A DNA stretch of 64,000 nucleotides, taken from the NCBI RefSeq assembly GCF_001194135.2, contig NC_068983.1, positions 82,804,089 to 82,868,088 of the forward strand, read 5' to 3'. This DNA is from Octopus bimaculoides. Its lineage: Eukaryota. Made by a program: the position numbers and the translations under genes. Every line of letters starts with the position of its first letter. Within the stretch, counting starts at the first letter, position 1. A model generated the notes under the pieces. The model was given only the letters and a program-made list of their open reading frames with translations, was not told the DNA's origin and made no database searches. Positions 1 through 12,756 of the stretch are shown here, one piece after another.

Positions 1-230
1 GGTATAATAAAAAAATATTCAGTCAAATACATAACAAAAACACCAGGACTTACAAATATATATAACATACAGAAAATTGCACTACTGGGTACTGCACACA
101 TTCTACGCAAAACACTTTCAATACAGTAAACATAAGAGCACCACAGCAAACCACAGCACATACCCAAGGCGCACAGAGCTGCGCTCGGTAGTGAAGTGAA
201 AGCACATTATAAAAATAAAACTACTGAACA

Positions 231-231
<1 letters not shown>
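1..231 (+). mobile_element. 3' end of an R4/Dong-clade (RLE) non-LTR retrotransposon: ORF C-terminus (1-129) plus 3' UTR, followed by a (TAA)n tail at 232-283
   Basis: Frame 1 reads GIIKKYSVKYITKTPGLTNIYNIQKIALLGTAHILRKTLSIQ*. The QKxALLGTAxILRK motif is the typical end of R4/Dong ORFs. A related copy lies at 7117-7259. Confidence 0.75.
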
Positions 232-284
<53 letters not shown>

Positions 285-400
285 TGAACTTCTAACTTGT
301 TGTCTCTGGAGGTCTCTGGGTGAGACTTGGATCCAAGTTGTACAAATGCAAAACAAAAGTCAAACATAAAATAATAATAATAATAATAATAATAAATGTT

Positions 401-590
401 TTACTATAGGCACAATGCCTGAAATTTGGGGAAGCGGGATATTTGATTATATCGACCACAGTACTTCACTGGTCCTTATTTCACAGACGCCGAAATGATG
501 ACCGGCAAAGTCCACCTCGGTGGAATTTGAGTCCAGACCGTAAGGACGGACGAAATGCCTCTAAGCAATTTGCCCGGCATGCTAACAATT
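401..590 (-). mobile_element. tRNA-derived SINE family A, diverged copy
   Basis: Aligns by eye to the copies at 27941-28158 and 34761-34965 (ggcacaa..cctgaaattt, gtcgac/ggaatttga, gctaac motifs). Confidence 0.75.
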
Positions 591-979
591 ATAACAATAA
601 TAATAATAATGATGCTAGGAACAAAAATGTGAAAGTTATTTAAAAGAAAGCAAAAAATAAATGTAAAAGATATGTATTTTATGGGTGCATAAATGTGTAT
701 GAGATTTATGAGTGTATGAATGTGTGAGAGATTGTCTCTTAAACTACGTGTATGTAGTTGTTTATAAAGATATGTGTATAGTCGCATGAATAAATGCATA
801 TGTATACATATATGATTGTCAGTTTGCGAGTGTGAATATGTGTGTGTATGCATTCTTTGTAATATTGTATGTCTAAAACAATGGAAACAATAAAATGACG
901 ATAATATCCAGAAGATAATTTATACGTAATTCTTATTCATCACCAGCCTGGTGGTGAATTGCTGTTTATATTTACACAC

Positions 980-1538
<559 letters not shown>

Positions 1539-1869
1539 NNNNNNNNNNNNNNNNNNNNNNNNNNNNNNNNNNNNNNNNNNNNNNNNNNNNNNNNNNNNNN
1601 NNNNNNNNNNNNNNNNNNNNNNNNNNNNNNNNNNNNNNNNNNNNNNNNNNNNNNNNNNNNNNNNNNNNNNNNNNNNNNNNNNNNNNNNNNNNNNNNNNNN
1701 NNNNNNNNNNNNNNNNNNNNNNNNNNNNNNNNNNNNNNNNNNNNNNNNNNNNNNNNNNNNNNNNNNNNNNNNNNNNNNNNNNNNNNNNNNNNNNNNNNNN
1801 NNNNNNNNNNNNNNNNNNNNNNNNNNNNNNNNNNNNNNNNNNNNNNNNNNNNNNNNNNNNNNNNNNNNN

Positions 1870-1932
<63 letters not shown>

Positions 1933-1978
1933 TGTATGTGTGAGTATGTGGTGTGTGTGGTGTGGTGTGCGTTTGTGG

Positions 1979-2170
1979 GTCTGTGTTTGTCCCCTCACCA
2001 TCGCTTTACAACCGATGCTGGTGTGTTTACGTCCCTGTAACGAAGCGGTTCGACAAAAGTTACCGATAGAATAAGTACTAAGCTTACAAAGAATATTCCT
2101 AGGGTCGATTTGCTCGACTAAAGGCAGTGCTCCACTGTGGCCGCAGTCAAATGAGTGAAGCAAGTAAAAG

Positions 2171-2171
<1 letters not shown>
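1979..2171 (+). mobile_element. SINE family B, 3' half
   Basis: Matches 32041-32256 (accatcgcttgacaaccgatgctggtgtgtttacgtcc...gtcgatttgctcgactaaagg...caagtaaaagag). Confidence 0.85.
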
Positions 2172-2253
<82 letters not shown>

Positions 2254-2646
2254 TAGATAGATAGGTAGATAGATAGATAGATAAATAGAAAGATAGATAG
2301 ATAGATACATAGATATAGCTATGCACATTTACACATTGGATCTATATTCTCATACTTATGAATCATGTGTACGTATGTATGTAACAGTATAAACTAATTA
2401 ATGTTGAATGTTATGTGGTCTATATTGAGCGTTGCATGTTTTTATACATACACGTGTTTTATATGGTTTTACATGATTTTATTAATATATAGTCTGCCTC
2501 TCTGTGTGTCTCTTGCTTATTGAGTCCCATTTAGTCATTTTGTACATTTCCTTTTGTGATAAATATTTGTTTTCTTTTCACACTATTAATATTACAGCAT
2601 GTATAATACATCTATAATACATATATAATACATATATAGTACATTT

Positions 2647-2747
2647 TTTCTTCTTCTTCTTCTTCTTCTTCTTCTTCTTCTTCTTCTTCTTCTTCTTCTT
2701 CTTCTTCTTCTTCTTCTTCTTCTTCTCATTCTCCTCCTTCTCCTCCT

Positions 2748-2784
<37 letters not shown>
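2647..2784. repeat. (CTT)n and (CTA)n trinucleotide microsatellites
   Basis: Directly visible. Source of the poly-K/poly-V ORF artefacts. Confidence 0.95.
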
Positions 2785-2786
<2 letters not shown>

Positions 2787-2789
2787 GTT

Positions 2790-4600
2790 TTCTTGAGCGG
2801 ACGCATGGCTTTGCTTCGTGCCACAAAACCATAATAAGTAAGGTTTTCATTTAGAGAAGCACCGTTTTGCCAGTGTGCCTTCATGATTTCACGAAACTGG
2901 TCCCAATGCTGGGAGTGAGCTGTGCTCAAATCTTTGAACTGAAGTAAAGCAGGACGGGCAACAGGTCCTGCATTCTTGATGCTTTGTTTTCCCAGGAAAA
3001 AAGGGAATGTTGCATCGCTTTAGATATATAAAAATACACTCTTAGAGTCTGCATGAAATTGCATTGCCAAAAGCTTTGCAGGCTCTCCAAAATCAGTATC
3101 CTTGATGCCATAGTTGCTCACTTCAAAGTATTTCTTGTCAATACCTTCTACAACCACGTGAGCAAAGTTAGAGATGGCCAATGTCTTGGTGTGAACGAAT
3201 TTAGAATGTTGAACGCACGGATTATAACAGGATGCTGAACGCATGGGTTGTAACGAAAAGTGAATAGATGAGTGGTGAGAAGATAATAGAACGGAGGACA
3301 ACATCCTCCGCCGAGCAACACAATTCATTATAGTCACGTTTCAAAAGACAGAGAGAGGAAACGACAGATCTGTGTATATGATACTGGAGCGTGTATGTTT
3401 GTAACTGAACATTAATTAGTTGAGCGGATCTTTTTCTGGATCTGGTCCAGATGTCTTTGTACGCTGTAGCAGGCCCATCCCACATACAGAAACAATACTC
3501 CATTATGCCTTGGAAAGTGTCAACAGCTTTTGGAGACTGAAATATATTTTGGTCGTGAAAAGAAGGGTCGGTCTTTGAGATGCGGTCCTAGCTATGCTAA
3601 ATATATACTTTTGCCAATAAAGCTCATTGATAATAGCAAGAAACATTCATTATTTTATTGTCAAGAAAATGACAGATGAAGTGAGATTGCATAGGCAGGT
3701 TTTAAAAATTGCTTAGAAGTCAATTGAATAAATGAAAAAATTAATGGTGCACATAATGTACACGCGCGCGTGTCAGCTCTGCACGTCAGGTTGTTCCACT
3801 GCTACCTTACTAGGTGTCCAAACCGAAGAAGATCTCTAGCAGATTCACTGAACCGTCAGTCCAGCTTCCATGATGCTTACCAGTCCCGAACTGTGGGCCA
3901 ATCGACTTACTCAGGTTGAATTTCGCTTGTGTCACCACCACATATCCAACTTCGAATAGGAGGTTTTTCAATATATAGTTTCTGTAGCAGCGACTTCAGT
4001 CAATTCATAGAGATTTGCTGAGGGAAAACATTTTTGACAAGTTGTGCCTGTGCTTTGAATCGTTACCAGTAGGTAGCCGTTTAGTCTGACCACCTAACTC
4101 CGCTCTACTTTGAAGCTTCTGAAAACCATTTGCACTGAAAATGTTCAAGTAATGATTGTGAACTCTATCGGAAGCTTTCGAGTGTTCTGAATAGAGCATA
4201 GCCATAAAGTAGCCAAGTTTGACACGATTTACCACATGAAGTAGAATTTGTCATGAATAATTCTCGAGATTGTATACGTTTAACCTTTGCCGTCCAAATT
4301 TCGATCTACAGCGCTTAGGTTTTGCTACCATTTAAGCCAAAATCTTGAACTCTGTATTAATCAGAGTCATGGCCTATAAATTATCGATAATCTCTTCTCT
4401 AATGCGTCCTTCTTACCACTGCACTTCCGCCAATCTGGCCCATCAATTAGCTTTCGTTCCTTCATGCACCTTACCTTTAGCGATGCCATTTCCATTTTTT
4501 TCTCTTTTGCATTGAAGAAATAGTCGAGGTTTATCCTCACCGTCTCATCTTCCTCATCGTTTCCCTTTTTTGGGGAATTGCTGTCCCGTGTCACTTCAAA
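2790..4600 (-). mobile_element. Heavily decayed CR1/L2-like LINE, RT domain and C-terminal region
   Basis: Minus-strand fragments appear in the expected order: PDWRKCSG..IIYRP (cf. PxDWKxAxV..NYRP), SKASDRVHN (cf. SKAFDxVPH), GGDTS (cf. FADDT), IMEYCFCMW..KDI..RKRSAQLI (cf. LEYCxxVW..KDI..QRRATKL). Many stops and frameshifts; the 3' boundary is uncertain. Confidence 0.6.
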
Positions 4601-6039
4601 TCTGTTTTCTCTGTCGTTGCTTCGTTGTTAAATCCTATTGACTTTACTCTAATCGCCCTCATCAGACCGATTTTTCCTCTCACGTGCCGTTCAAGGAATT
4701 CGCTAATGAAATAATAACAATAATAATCATTGTTATTATAAACTTTAGACGACAATATAATTCATATGAAGTATATAAAGTGTTATATGTGCTACTGTTG
4801 TTTATTGTTGTCATGTTGTGCAGAATATTTATTGCTATTGATAGTTTTTCTTTTACTTTGATGGTATAGTGTTTTTATTTGTAGTTTGTTGCAATAACAG
4901 TTGTAAAACGATGGTGTCGGTGTCGGATGTAGAATTGTCAACGAAGTGGAGGTTAGAAGGTTGTGATGGTGTCAGTAATATTGGTGACGGAGTTTTTATT
5001 CATATTTTGCCGTTATCCTTGATTTCGAGATTGTTTTTATTGTAATATTTAATTTATTTGTCTTTATATTTTAGTATTTTAGAAAATTTTTTAAAAAAGC
5101 AACGACAATAGATATGCCATTGCATATATGATATTGATGCCTCTTGTTTTTGTTTAATTCTTTATTTTTAGCGTTTTTAAAAAAAATTTGTTTTGTCTGT
5201 TTAGTTATTAATATATTAATACTTGCATGTAATTAATATTACTGAAGCACACATTTAGTTTCATATTGATATTGCAACATTCGTGAACATACCTAATTAA
5301 TGATCATATAAATTGGATGAAGCTTAAGATGATACTTTCTTTTGTCAAGTGAAAGCAAGAAAAATATTGAAATGAAAGAAATGAGTTAATAAAATACCAG
5401 TTAAATGTAAACAATAAAGAAAAGAAAGACGCAGATAATCTTTCTCTTATTCCGTTACAAAAAATATTAGTAAATTATTGACTAGCAGAAATTTTTCAGA
5501 TAAACAATATCTTGCAATTCAGTTACATTGGTTTTTTTTTTTTTCTCTTGCTATTTAAATATTTATTTATTTTACACTTGATGGCGCCCGTGTAAAATCC
5601 ACGGATGACAAATGCTTAGTTTTATAGTAATTACATGCGGCAAAATGTATTTAAAGGGATTAATTAAATAACATACACGTTGCTCTATAACATTTAATAA
5701 ATATAAAATTTACATAAAATTATAATATCAACTACATACAGTTTATATAGGGACAGTAACATTATAATCTACATGTCTCCTCAATATTCAACTAACAAAA
5801 CCGCCTATCAGTATTTTAACAAAATTCGGTGATAATAAAAGTATTAAAACAACTAACAGAGTTTGATGGGCATATCAGGGGTACAGACAGACGAAGAGAT
5901 TGGGAGTCGTGGTTAATTATACAAGTAGATTATTAAATAATATTTCACTTCTAGATGGAAGCTCTATAACTTTACATAGCAGCCAGATCTTCCTTAGATT
6001 ACATTTTATCGTTTTAAAAATAAACATATAAGATTACGT

Positions 6040-6788
6040 GAAACGGAGGCTCTAATCTGTGCTGCCCAAGATCAAGCACTAAGAACAAACTACATAAAAT
6101 ACAGAATAGACAACACAGCAGAAAGTGATAAGTGCAAAATCTGTGGACAAACGGTGAAACCGTATGGCATATTACCAGCCCGTTTATGCCACTAGCCCAG
6201 AAGGAATATAAGAGACGCCACGACAATATAGCAAGGCTTGTCCATTGGACACTTTGTAACAAGTATGGACTTGACACAGCAAACAATTGCCACGATCACG
6301 AACCTGAAGGCATCATCGAAAATGAAAATGCAAAGATCATGTGAGATTTTATGATTCAATGCGATCATGAGATAGAGAATAGGAAGCCAGACATAGTTTT
6401 AATTGAGAAAGAAAACAGACTATGCTGGATCATAGATATAGCATTCCCAGCTGACAAGATATGCAATATGGAACAAAGAAAGTATATAGACATGACAGGT
6501 TAGCTTGGGAGGTTAAGCAGTTGTGGTCGATGAAAAAGGTGGTAGTACTACCAATAATTGTCGGAGCCCTGGGAACAGTGAGTAAAACTCTTGAGAAGTA
6601 CATGGAACAAATAGGGGCTGCAATAATGGTGGTGCACTTGCAAAAAGCAGCACTGCTTGGACCGCTCGAATATTCCGGAAGGTGCTCGAATATTCCGGAA
6701 GGTGCTCGAAAAATATGAGGTGTTACCTTAGTTCACTGGTAGTAAACAGCTGACACCGTAGTACATATCCAGCGTTAGAAGCTGTACA

Positions 6789-6793
<5 letters not shown>
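6040..6793 (+). mobile_element. 5'-truncated R4/Dong-clade LINE: CCHC knuckle plus restriction-like endonuclease, then (TAA)n tail at 6794-6869
   Basis: ETEALICAAQDQALRTNYIK..KCKICG..ETVWHI..RHDNIARLVHW..RKPDIVLI..IIDIAFP..IVGALG..LQKAALLG, with frameshifts and stops. Contains a 20-bp tandem duplication near 6667-6709. Confidence 0.9.
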
Positions 6794-6868
<75 letters not shown>

Positions 6869-6914
6869 TATTATTATCATTATTATTATTATTATTATTA
6901 TTNNNNNNNNNNTG

Positions 6915-6996
<82 letters not shown>

Positions 6997-6998
6997 CC

Positions 6999-7119
6999 TT
7001 TCTACTATAGGCACAAGGCCTGAAATTTTAAGGAGGGTGTTTAACTTGTTACGGTGTTTAACTGGCACGGATTTAAGTTTAAGGATCCCGAAAGGATGAA
7101 AAATAAAGTCGACCTTGGC
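6999..7119 (-). mobile_element. SINE family A, 3' fragment
   Basis: tttctactataggcacaaggcctgaaattt...cccgaaaggatgaaa...gtcgaccttggc. Confidence 0.8.
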
Positions 7120-7259
7120 ACCGCACACATGCTACATAAAGCACTTTCAATACAGTGAAGATAAGAGCACTACAGCAAATACCAAAGGCACACAGAGCTG
7201 CACTCGGTGGTAGAGTGAAAGTACGTGATAAAAATAAAACTACCGAATAATAATAATAA
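7117..7259 (+). mobile_element. R4/Dong LINE extreme 3' fragment, same subfamily as 1-231
   Basis: GTAHMLHKALSIQ* plus a 3' UTR alignable to 130-231, ending in TAA repeats. Confidence 0.8.
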
Positions 7260-7261
7260 AC

Positions 7262-7452
7262 CACAAGGCCTGAAATTTGGGGCAAAGGGAGTTGTCAATT
7301 ACAACGACCCCATTGTTTCACTGGCACTTGATCCACCGATCCTGAAAAGATGAAAAGGAAAACTGACCTCGGGAGAATTTGAACTCAGAACGTAACGAAA
7401 TACCAGTAAACATTTCGTACAGTGTGTTCACGATTCTGCCAGCTCGCCGTCT
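7262..7452 (-). mobile_element. SINE family A
   Basis: Contains gaatttgaactcagaac (B-box reverse complement) and ttctgccagctcgcc (head reverse complement). Confidence 0.8.
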
Positions 7453-7478
7453 TAAATCGTCATATAATTATTACTTAA

Positions 7479-9014
7479 TCTATATCTATACAACTTAAAA
7501 TGTGTGTGTGTGTGTGTGTGTGTGTATGCTTTTTATGGATTTCCACATTTTCACCCGATTTTGATGAATATATTTTTATTAAATGGCAAATTTACCCAGG
7601 CATGTCACTGCCACATTACCGATGCCTAGAGATACCCCCTTCTAGGAGAAAAATCGATAAAACAGAAATCACGCTCATATTTTGCAATAAAAGCCAAAGT
7701 TGTACACGAGAATAATTTTTACAAACAAATATTTTGGAACTGCGTTGGGACCTCTGATTCCCAAGAAAATTGCGAAAAACTTTGAAAAAATTCGATCTTT
7801 TGCGTTTTTTAAAAGTTACACGGTAGAAAACTTTTTACTAGAAAGTTCGATTTCCTTGGGTTTTTACGGCTAAAAAACCACCATGTGACGGCGGTTCTAT
7901 CAAGTATCTGTTCTATGTCCAAAGGCATCCTTGTGCGACAAAAATCCGCGAAAACTGTGAACAAATCGATTTTATACACTTTTTCTCCTTTGAATCTTCA
8001 AAAACTTCTCACTGCTTCTGCTGATTGTGTTCAAACATTACACACTATTCACTCATCCTAAGGATAAGGTTAGGAGACTCCGAAATTCATACGCGTATGA
8101 CCAACTATTGCGAAAAACTGAGTAGAAAACCGGGTTTTTGTCCTTAAATCCCTCGTTTTTGACTGAATTGGAGCGCCGGTCATGCTGCTGAGGAACCTGG
8201 ATCTACCACATCTGTGCAACGGAACGCAGTTAGTGGTAAAAAAATTCTTACGAGTTGCGGCATAGAAGACAACGTGTTTATACTCAGGATACCTCTTAAT
8301 CAATGCCACTGTCCCTTGCGTCGACTTCAGTTCCCTCTTCGACTTTGCTTTGCTATGTCCATCAACAAGTCTCAGGGCCAAGCACTAACAACGACAGGCC
8401 TCCATTTAGGCCAACCATGCTTCTCGCACAGCCAGTTATACGTCGGATGCTCAAAAGACGGATGCAAAAATGAACCTTTTCGTGTTCGCCTCGAAAGCCA
8501 AAACGAAAAATGTCGTCTACCGTGAGGTGCCGTAGCTTCCCTTTATGGTGAGCGAGTATTATTGTTGCCATTTTTTCAAAATTACCTGTTTTTCTTAAGT
8601 TTATTTTTTTAATTTTGTCCGCTACAGTTTCTCAATCCCCTTGCAGATGGCTTGAGTTTTGACATCACTGCACCCATTGCTTTTCATGTGAACAAAATAG
8701 GACGTTTATACCTGTGAACGGTTAACAATCTTTTTCAGGGCTATTGTGAGAACGATAACACGACCCTTTTGAGGGCCACTTTACATTCAATTGTTGCACC
8801 CCTTTAAATGCCCTTGTGGCTTCTCCAAGGCTTTTCACCCTGTTGTTACTACTTTATTTATGGTCTATGGGAAAAATCACTTCTTCCTCAATGTCAATGT
8901 TTGCAACTTAAGGCAAAAAATATTCAAAGAGATGTACAACGAAAAAAATGGTAGAACCTATTAAGACCATTACCGAGTATTTAATACCCGAGCAACGCCG
9001 GGTACTCCTGTTAG
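7479..9014 (+). mobile_element. Non-autonomous Helitron deletion derivative, about 1.5 kb
   Basis: Starts A|TCTATATCTATA. Ends with a subterminal hairpin tacccg-agcaacgc-cgggta (8985-9004) then TTAG|T (a degenerate CTAG). Encloses a PIF1-type helicase remnant. Confidence 0.75.
8167..8535 (+). pseudogene. Helitron RepHel C-terminal PIF1-family helicase remnant
   Basis: IGAPVMLLRNLDLPHLCNGTQLVVKK / RIPL..QFPLRLCFAMSINKSQGQAL..GLHLGQPCFSHSQLYVGCS / KTKNVVYREVP*, frameshifted. Confidence 0.9.
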
Positions 9015-10181
9015 TCATTAATAAATAGTTTTAGTCTAAGTAGTAACAGTATTAGTAGTAATGACAGCAGCAACAGAACTAGTTATTGGTGCTGTTTTCC
9101 CACTTTATTCAGAATTCATGTTCATCCTATCTACTCAGTGTAAAAGTTTCGAAAATTTCTTTCTCATTTGTAATTCTTCTTCTTGTTTTCGTTCTCGTTT
9201 TATTCTGTGTGCTCCTCCTCCGCTATATTCTCTTTACCTCTTCTCCCAATTACTATCATTACGTTCCTATTCCTCGACATTGATATTATAATATATCATT
9301 TATGTATATATTTTTAGCTGGTAGTTCAAATTAATCCCGAAGATTCGTGAGTTTTGTTTAATATCTTCATGTAACATGACGGAAAAAAAATAGATTAAAA
9401 AAGAAAAAAGTAAAAAAGTACGAAAGAAAAGAAAATGAAAGAATTATTAAATCAAATTATTTTTTCTGTTATAGTTAATGTTGCGCTGAATGTTTTGTGG
9501 GGGAAGGGGCGTTTATTTTTGCTAATTTATTTTATTTATTTTCCCGATTCTTGTCACATACAATAAGAAACTAAATATTAAACAAGCACAACAACTATGA
9601 CAAGAGCAACAGATAAAAAAAAATTAACAACGATTCAAAGAATATTGAAATAAAAAAAAAAAGAATGTTAAAATAATTAAAAAAAACAAAGAAAATAAAA
9701 AAAAAACAACAAAGAATGATATAACTAAAATAGGGCAAAATATTTATGATACGACTCATACTATCTTTGAGATATTGAATTTGTTCTTAAATAACATTTA
9801 ATTTCTATCAAAGACATGAAGAGAGTTCAGACTGATTGGTTCCAGTGGGGAGTTTTTCAAATTCTAATCAGATTAAATAAAATGTCTTCTATTGGAACAG
9901 CCAATCATATTATTTTCTTTACGTTATCGTTGGTGAGTTGCGGGATAGGAAAGCGCCTTATAAGACACACATACATTTAATTGACTTATTGAACAAATAT
10001 TGATTGCTATTTGACACGAATGTATGAAAATGATTATATATATATATATATATAAACATATGTGTGTGAGAGTATGTGTGTGGGAGTGTGTGTTTGTGTA
10101 AGTGTGTGTGTGTGTGTATGTACATGTATGTATGCATGTGTGTATGTGTGTGTGTATGTATGTATACATATGTGTGTATAC

Positions 10182-10221
<40 letters not shown>

Positions 10222-10353
10222 NNNNNNNNNNATATATATGTATATATATATATATATATACACACTCACACAAACACACACACACACACACATATATGTA
10301 TGCATGGTTGTATGTATGTATCTACGTATCTACCTTTGTATCTATGTATGTAT

Positions 10354-10438
10354 GACAGGTCGCTCTCAAGCGCTTTTGTTAACATGTAACTCAATACAAC
10401 CTGTTGCACGGTTGGGCTGTCCGCAACTAAATTGGCAA
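10354..10438 (+). ncRNA. Predicted HDV-like self-cleaving ribozyme at the RTE 5' end (decayed copy)
   Basis: P1 GACAGGU(10354-60)/ACCUGUU(10399-405) with G1.U wobble; P2 UUGUUAA(10376-82)/UUGGCAA(10432-38); P3 UGU/ACA with an 8-nt L3; J4/2 CUAA(10427-30). Confidence 0.55.
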
Positions 10439-11460
10439 CTCCACCAAGTTCGCTGGGTGAGGACGGTGATTTTTGGACACCCTGCAGGATGAAAGACAAA
10501 ATCCATCAAAGGGCGGAAGAACTCATGAGATCAAATGGCCGTTCGAATTATGTGCATATATGCACATGCAGGGTTGATTGATCTCTTTAGACTTATTAAA
10601 ACAGGCACTCTAACAGATTGTACCTAACGTCCTGACGACTACAGTACCGGGTAGGTCCAACTTCGTGAGAATAAAACATGCAGGCTCTAGAATCAGCTAA
10701 TCATCCTATATTTGCTTGCCATTGGATATTAGATTTTGGAAGAGGAGAGGGTGTTAAACGTGTCGTAAAATCGTTAAGCACCGTCATCGAAATTTATTGA
10801 TATCTTTTCAAGTCCCACAGCGTGGGAGTAGTGGTGACATGTGCAAGCTTAACGATCTAGGGGCATATAGTCACAAATGCGCACGTAGGCAGCCCAAGTC
10901 CGGTCTAACGTCACTGCATTGTTGACAGGAAAACAACGTGCTTCGGCAAGGTACCAAGAGCCTGAACAACCAACTCTCGGGTAGCAATGCTCACTCACCC
11001 AGAAATTCGAGAAAGGTCTAGAAATGGTGACCCAAACAAATGCCATTCCTACCATCAAGTTGGTTATCAACCTGCGGCTGTCGGCTGTTCACAACAGTAG
11101 GAAAAAAAACAAAGGTAAATCTCGTCAGTAAGAAATACAGATTAAGGGTGGGAAAGTGGAGTGGCAGGACGCTTCCTGATCACGAAGAGACGAGTAACCC
11201 TGAAAGACGAACTGAAATAATAGCGAAGGGGTTGGCTCGGTACAATACTGACATTGCTGCACTCTCGAAAGCCCTGTTGCATGATGAAGATCAATTGACA
11301 GTGAAAGGCGCTGGATGCACCTTCTGGAAGGGTAAGCCAAAAGGTGAAAAACGAGAAGTGGGTGTTGGTTTTTGCCATTCTTACAGTTAACCCACCAACT
11401 AGAACAACCTCAGGATTTCAGTGACAGAACCATGCACTTCCGACCATTTTATGACTGTCC
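10354..11460 (+). mobile_element. 5' part of an RTE-BovB-like LINE: long 5' UTR plus the N-terminus of the APE endonuclease, 3'-truncated
   Basis: LRVGKWSGRTLPDHEETSNPERRTEIIAKGLARYNTDIAALSKALLHDEDQLTVKGAGCTFWKGKPKGEKREVGVGF resembles the RTE APE start (TWNVRTL..RPERRTALIARELARYNIDIAALSETR..GAGYTFFW..GVGF). Confidence 0.85.
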
Positions 11461-11848
11461 ATTTTGTTTATACACCCACTTTTAACAGCAACAAATCAAC
11501 GTATTTACATATATACATGTATACATATATACATACACACACACGCACACACATGCGTACATACATAAGTACACGCGCACGAATAGATGCACACACACAT
11601 ACACATATACCAAAATATCATCACTGCCTTGTATATAGTCTGTCGAGACTGGGACTACATATCGTCGTTAGAATGTCCGAGGAGAGATAAGCAGGCGAAA
11701 ACTTCGAAGTCACAGTCAACATTATTCTTATTAGAGAAAAATAAATGTGGACATTACAAAAAGTATGCAGTCTAATGTTAAATTGTTCTTTATAGAAAAA
11801 TTCAAATGAAAACAAATATGTAAGGATATAGATAGATAGAAAGATAGT

Positions 11849-11880
<32 letters not shown>

Positions 11881-12552
11881 CAGAGAGATGCATACTCCTA
11901 CATGCACAGACACACTTATACATATATACACGCACACACACCGCAAGCAAGTACACGCAGACTCACACACACACAAATACATATATATATATATATTATT
12001 CGTTAACATCATCGAATGTTTCTTTGTAGAATCAAATTTATTACTTTGTCCCTCTCTTTTGTAAATAATAATAAATGCACGCGTACGCACACACACACGC
12101 ACACACACGCGCGCACGCACACACTCTCTCACACACATACACATACACAAACATACACATATACCAAAATATCATCACATCTTGCTGTTCCTTGCACTAG
12201 AAAATAGTCCCAGGTGTTAATCGAGGCTAAATGAATTATCTTTAAAAAATGTCCCATGAAATTATAGATATTTCTGTTCATAATTATAATCTTTCTACTG
12301 AAAAGAGTGAACGCAAAAAATATCTTTCTTCAGACTTTAGAACAATAATCGATACACTGTTATTAATGTTGTCAGTATTGCAGATATTATTAGGGCACTA
12401 AATTGGTCTAGCTGTTAACAAGATCATTGCTCCATTAGTTGCATCGCTTATTTCTGAGTTCAAATTCCATAAGGCTTGTTTAACCTTCGGTCATCCTAGA
12501 TCTGACAAATAAGTTCCACTGTAACATTTACTTCGATATTGGTTTCAAATTT

Positions 12553-12752
12553 CGGCACAAGGCCAGTAATTTCGAGGAAGAGTGGCAAGTCGATTACATC
12601 GGCCTCAGTGCTCAGCTGATATTTTTTTTATCGATTCCGAAAGGATGAACGACAGAGTCAACCTCGACAACATTTGAGGTCAGAACTTAAAGCCGGATGA
12701 AATGCCGCCAAGCATTTTCTCCGGCGTGCTAACGCTTCTGTGAGGTCGCTAC
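12553..12752 (-). mobile_element. SINE family A, diverged
   Basis: ggcacaaggcc..gtcgattacatc..ccgaaaggatgaa..ggcgtgctaac motifs. Confidence 0.75.
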
Positions 12753-12756
12753 CACA

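Noticed and set aside
4659-4665. CUGAUGA on the minus strand
   Set aside because: No stem II followed by GAAA and no stem I.
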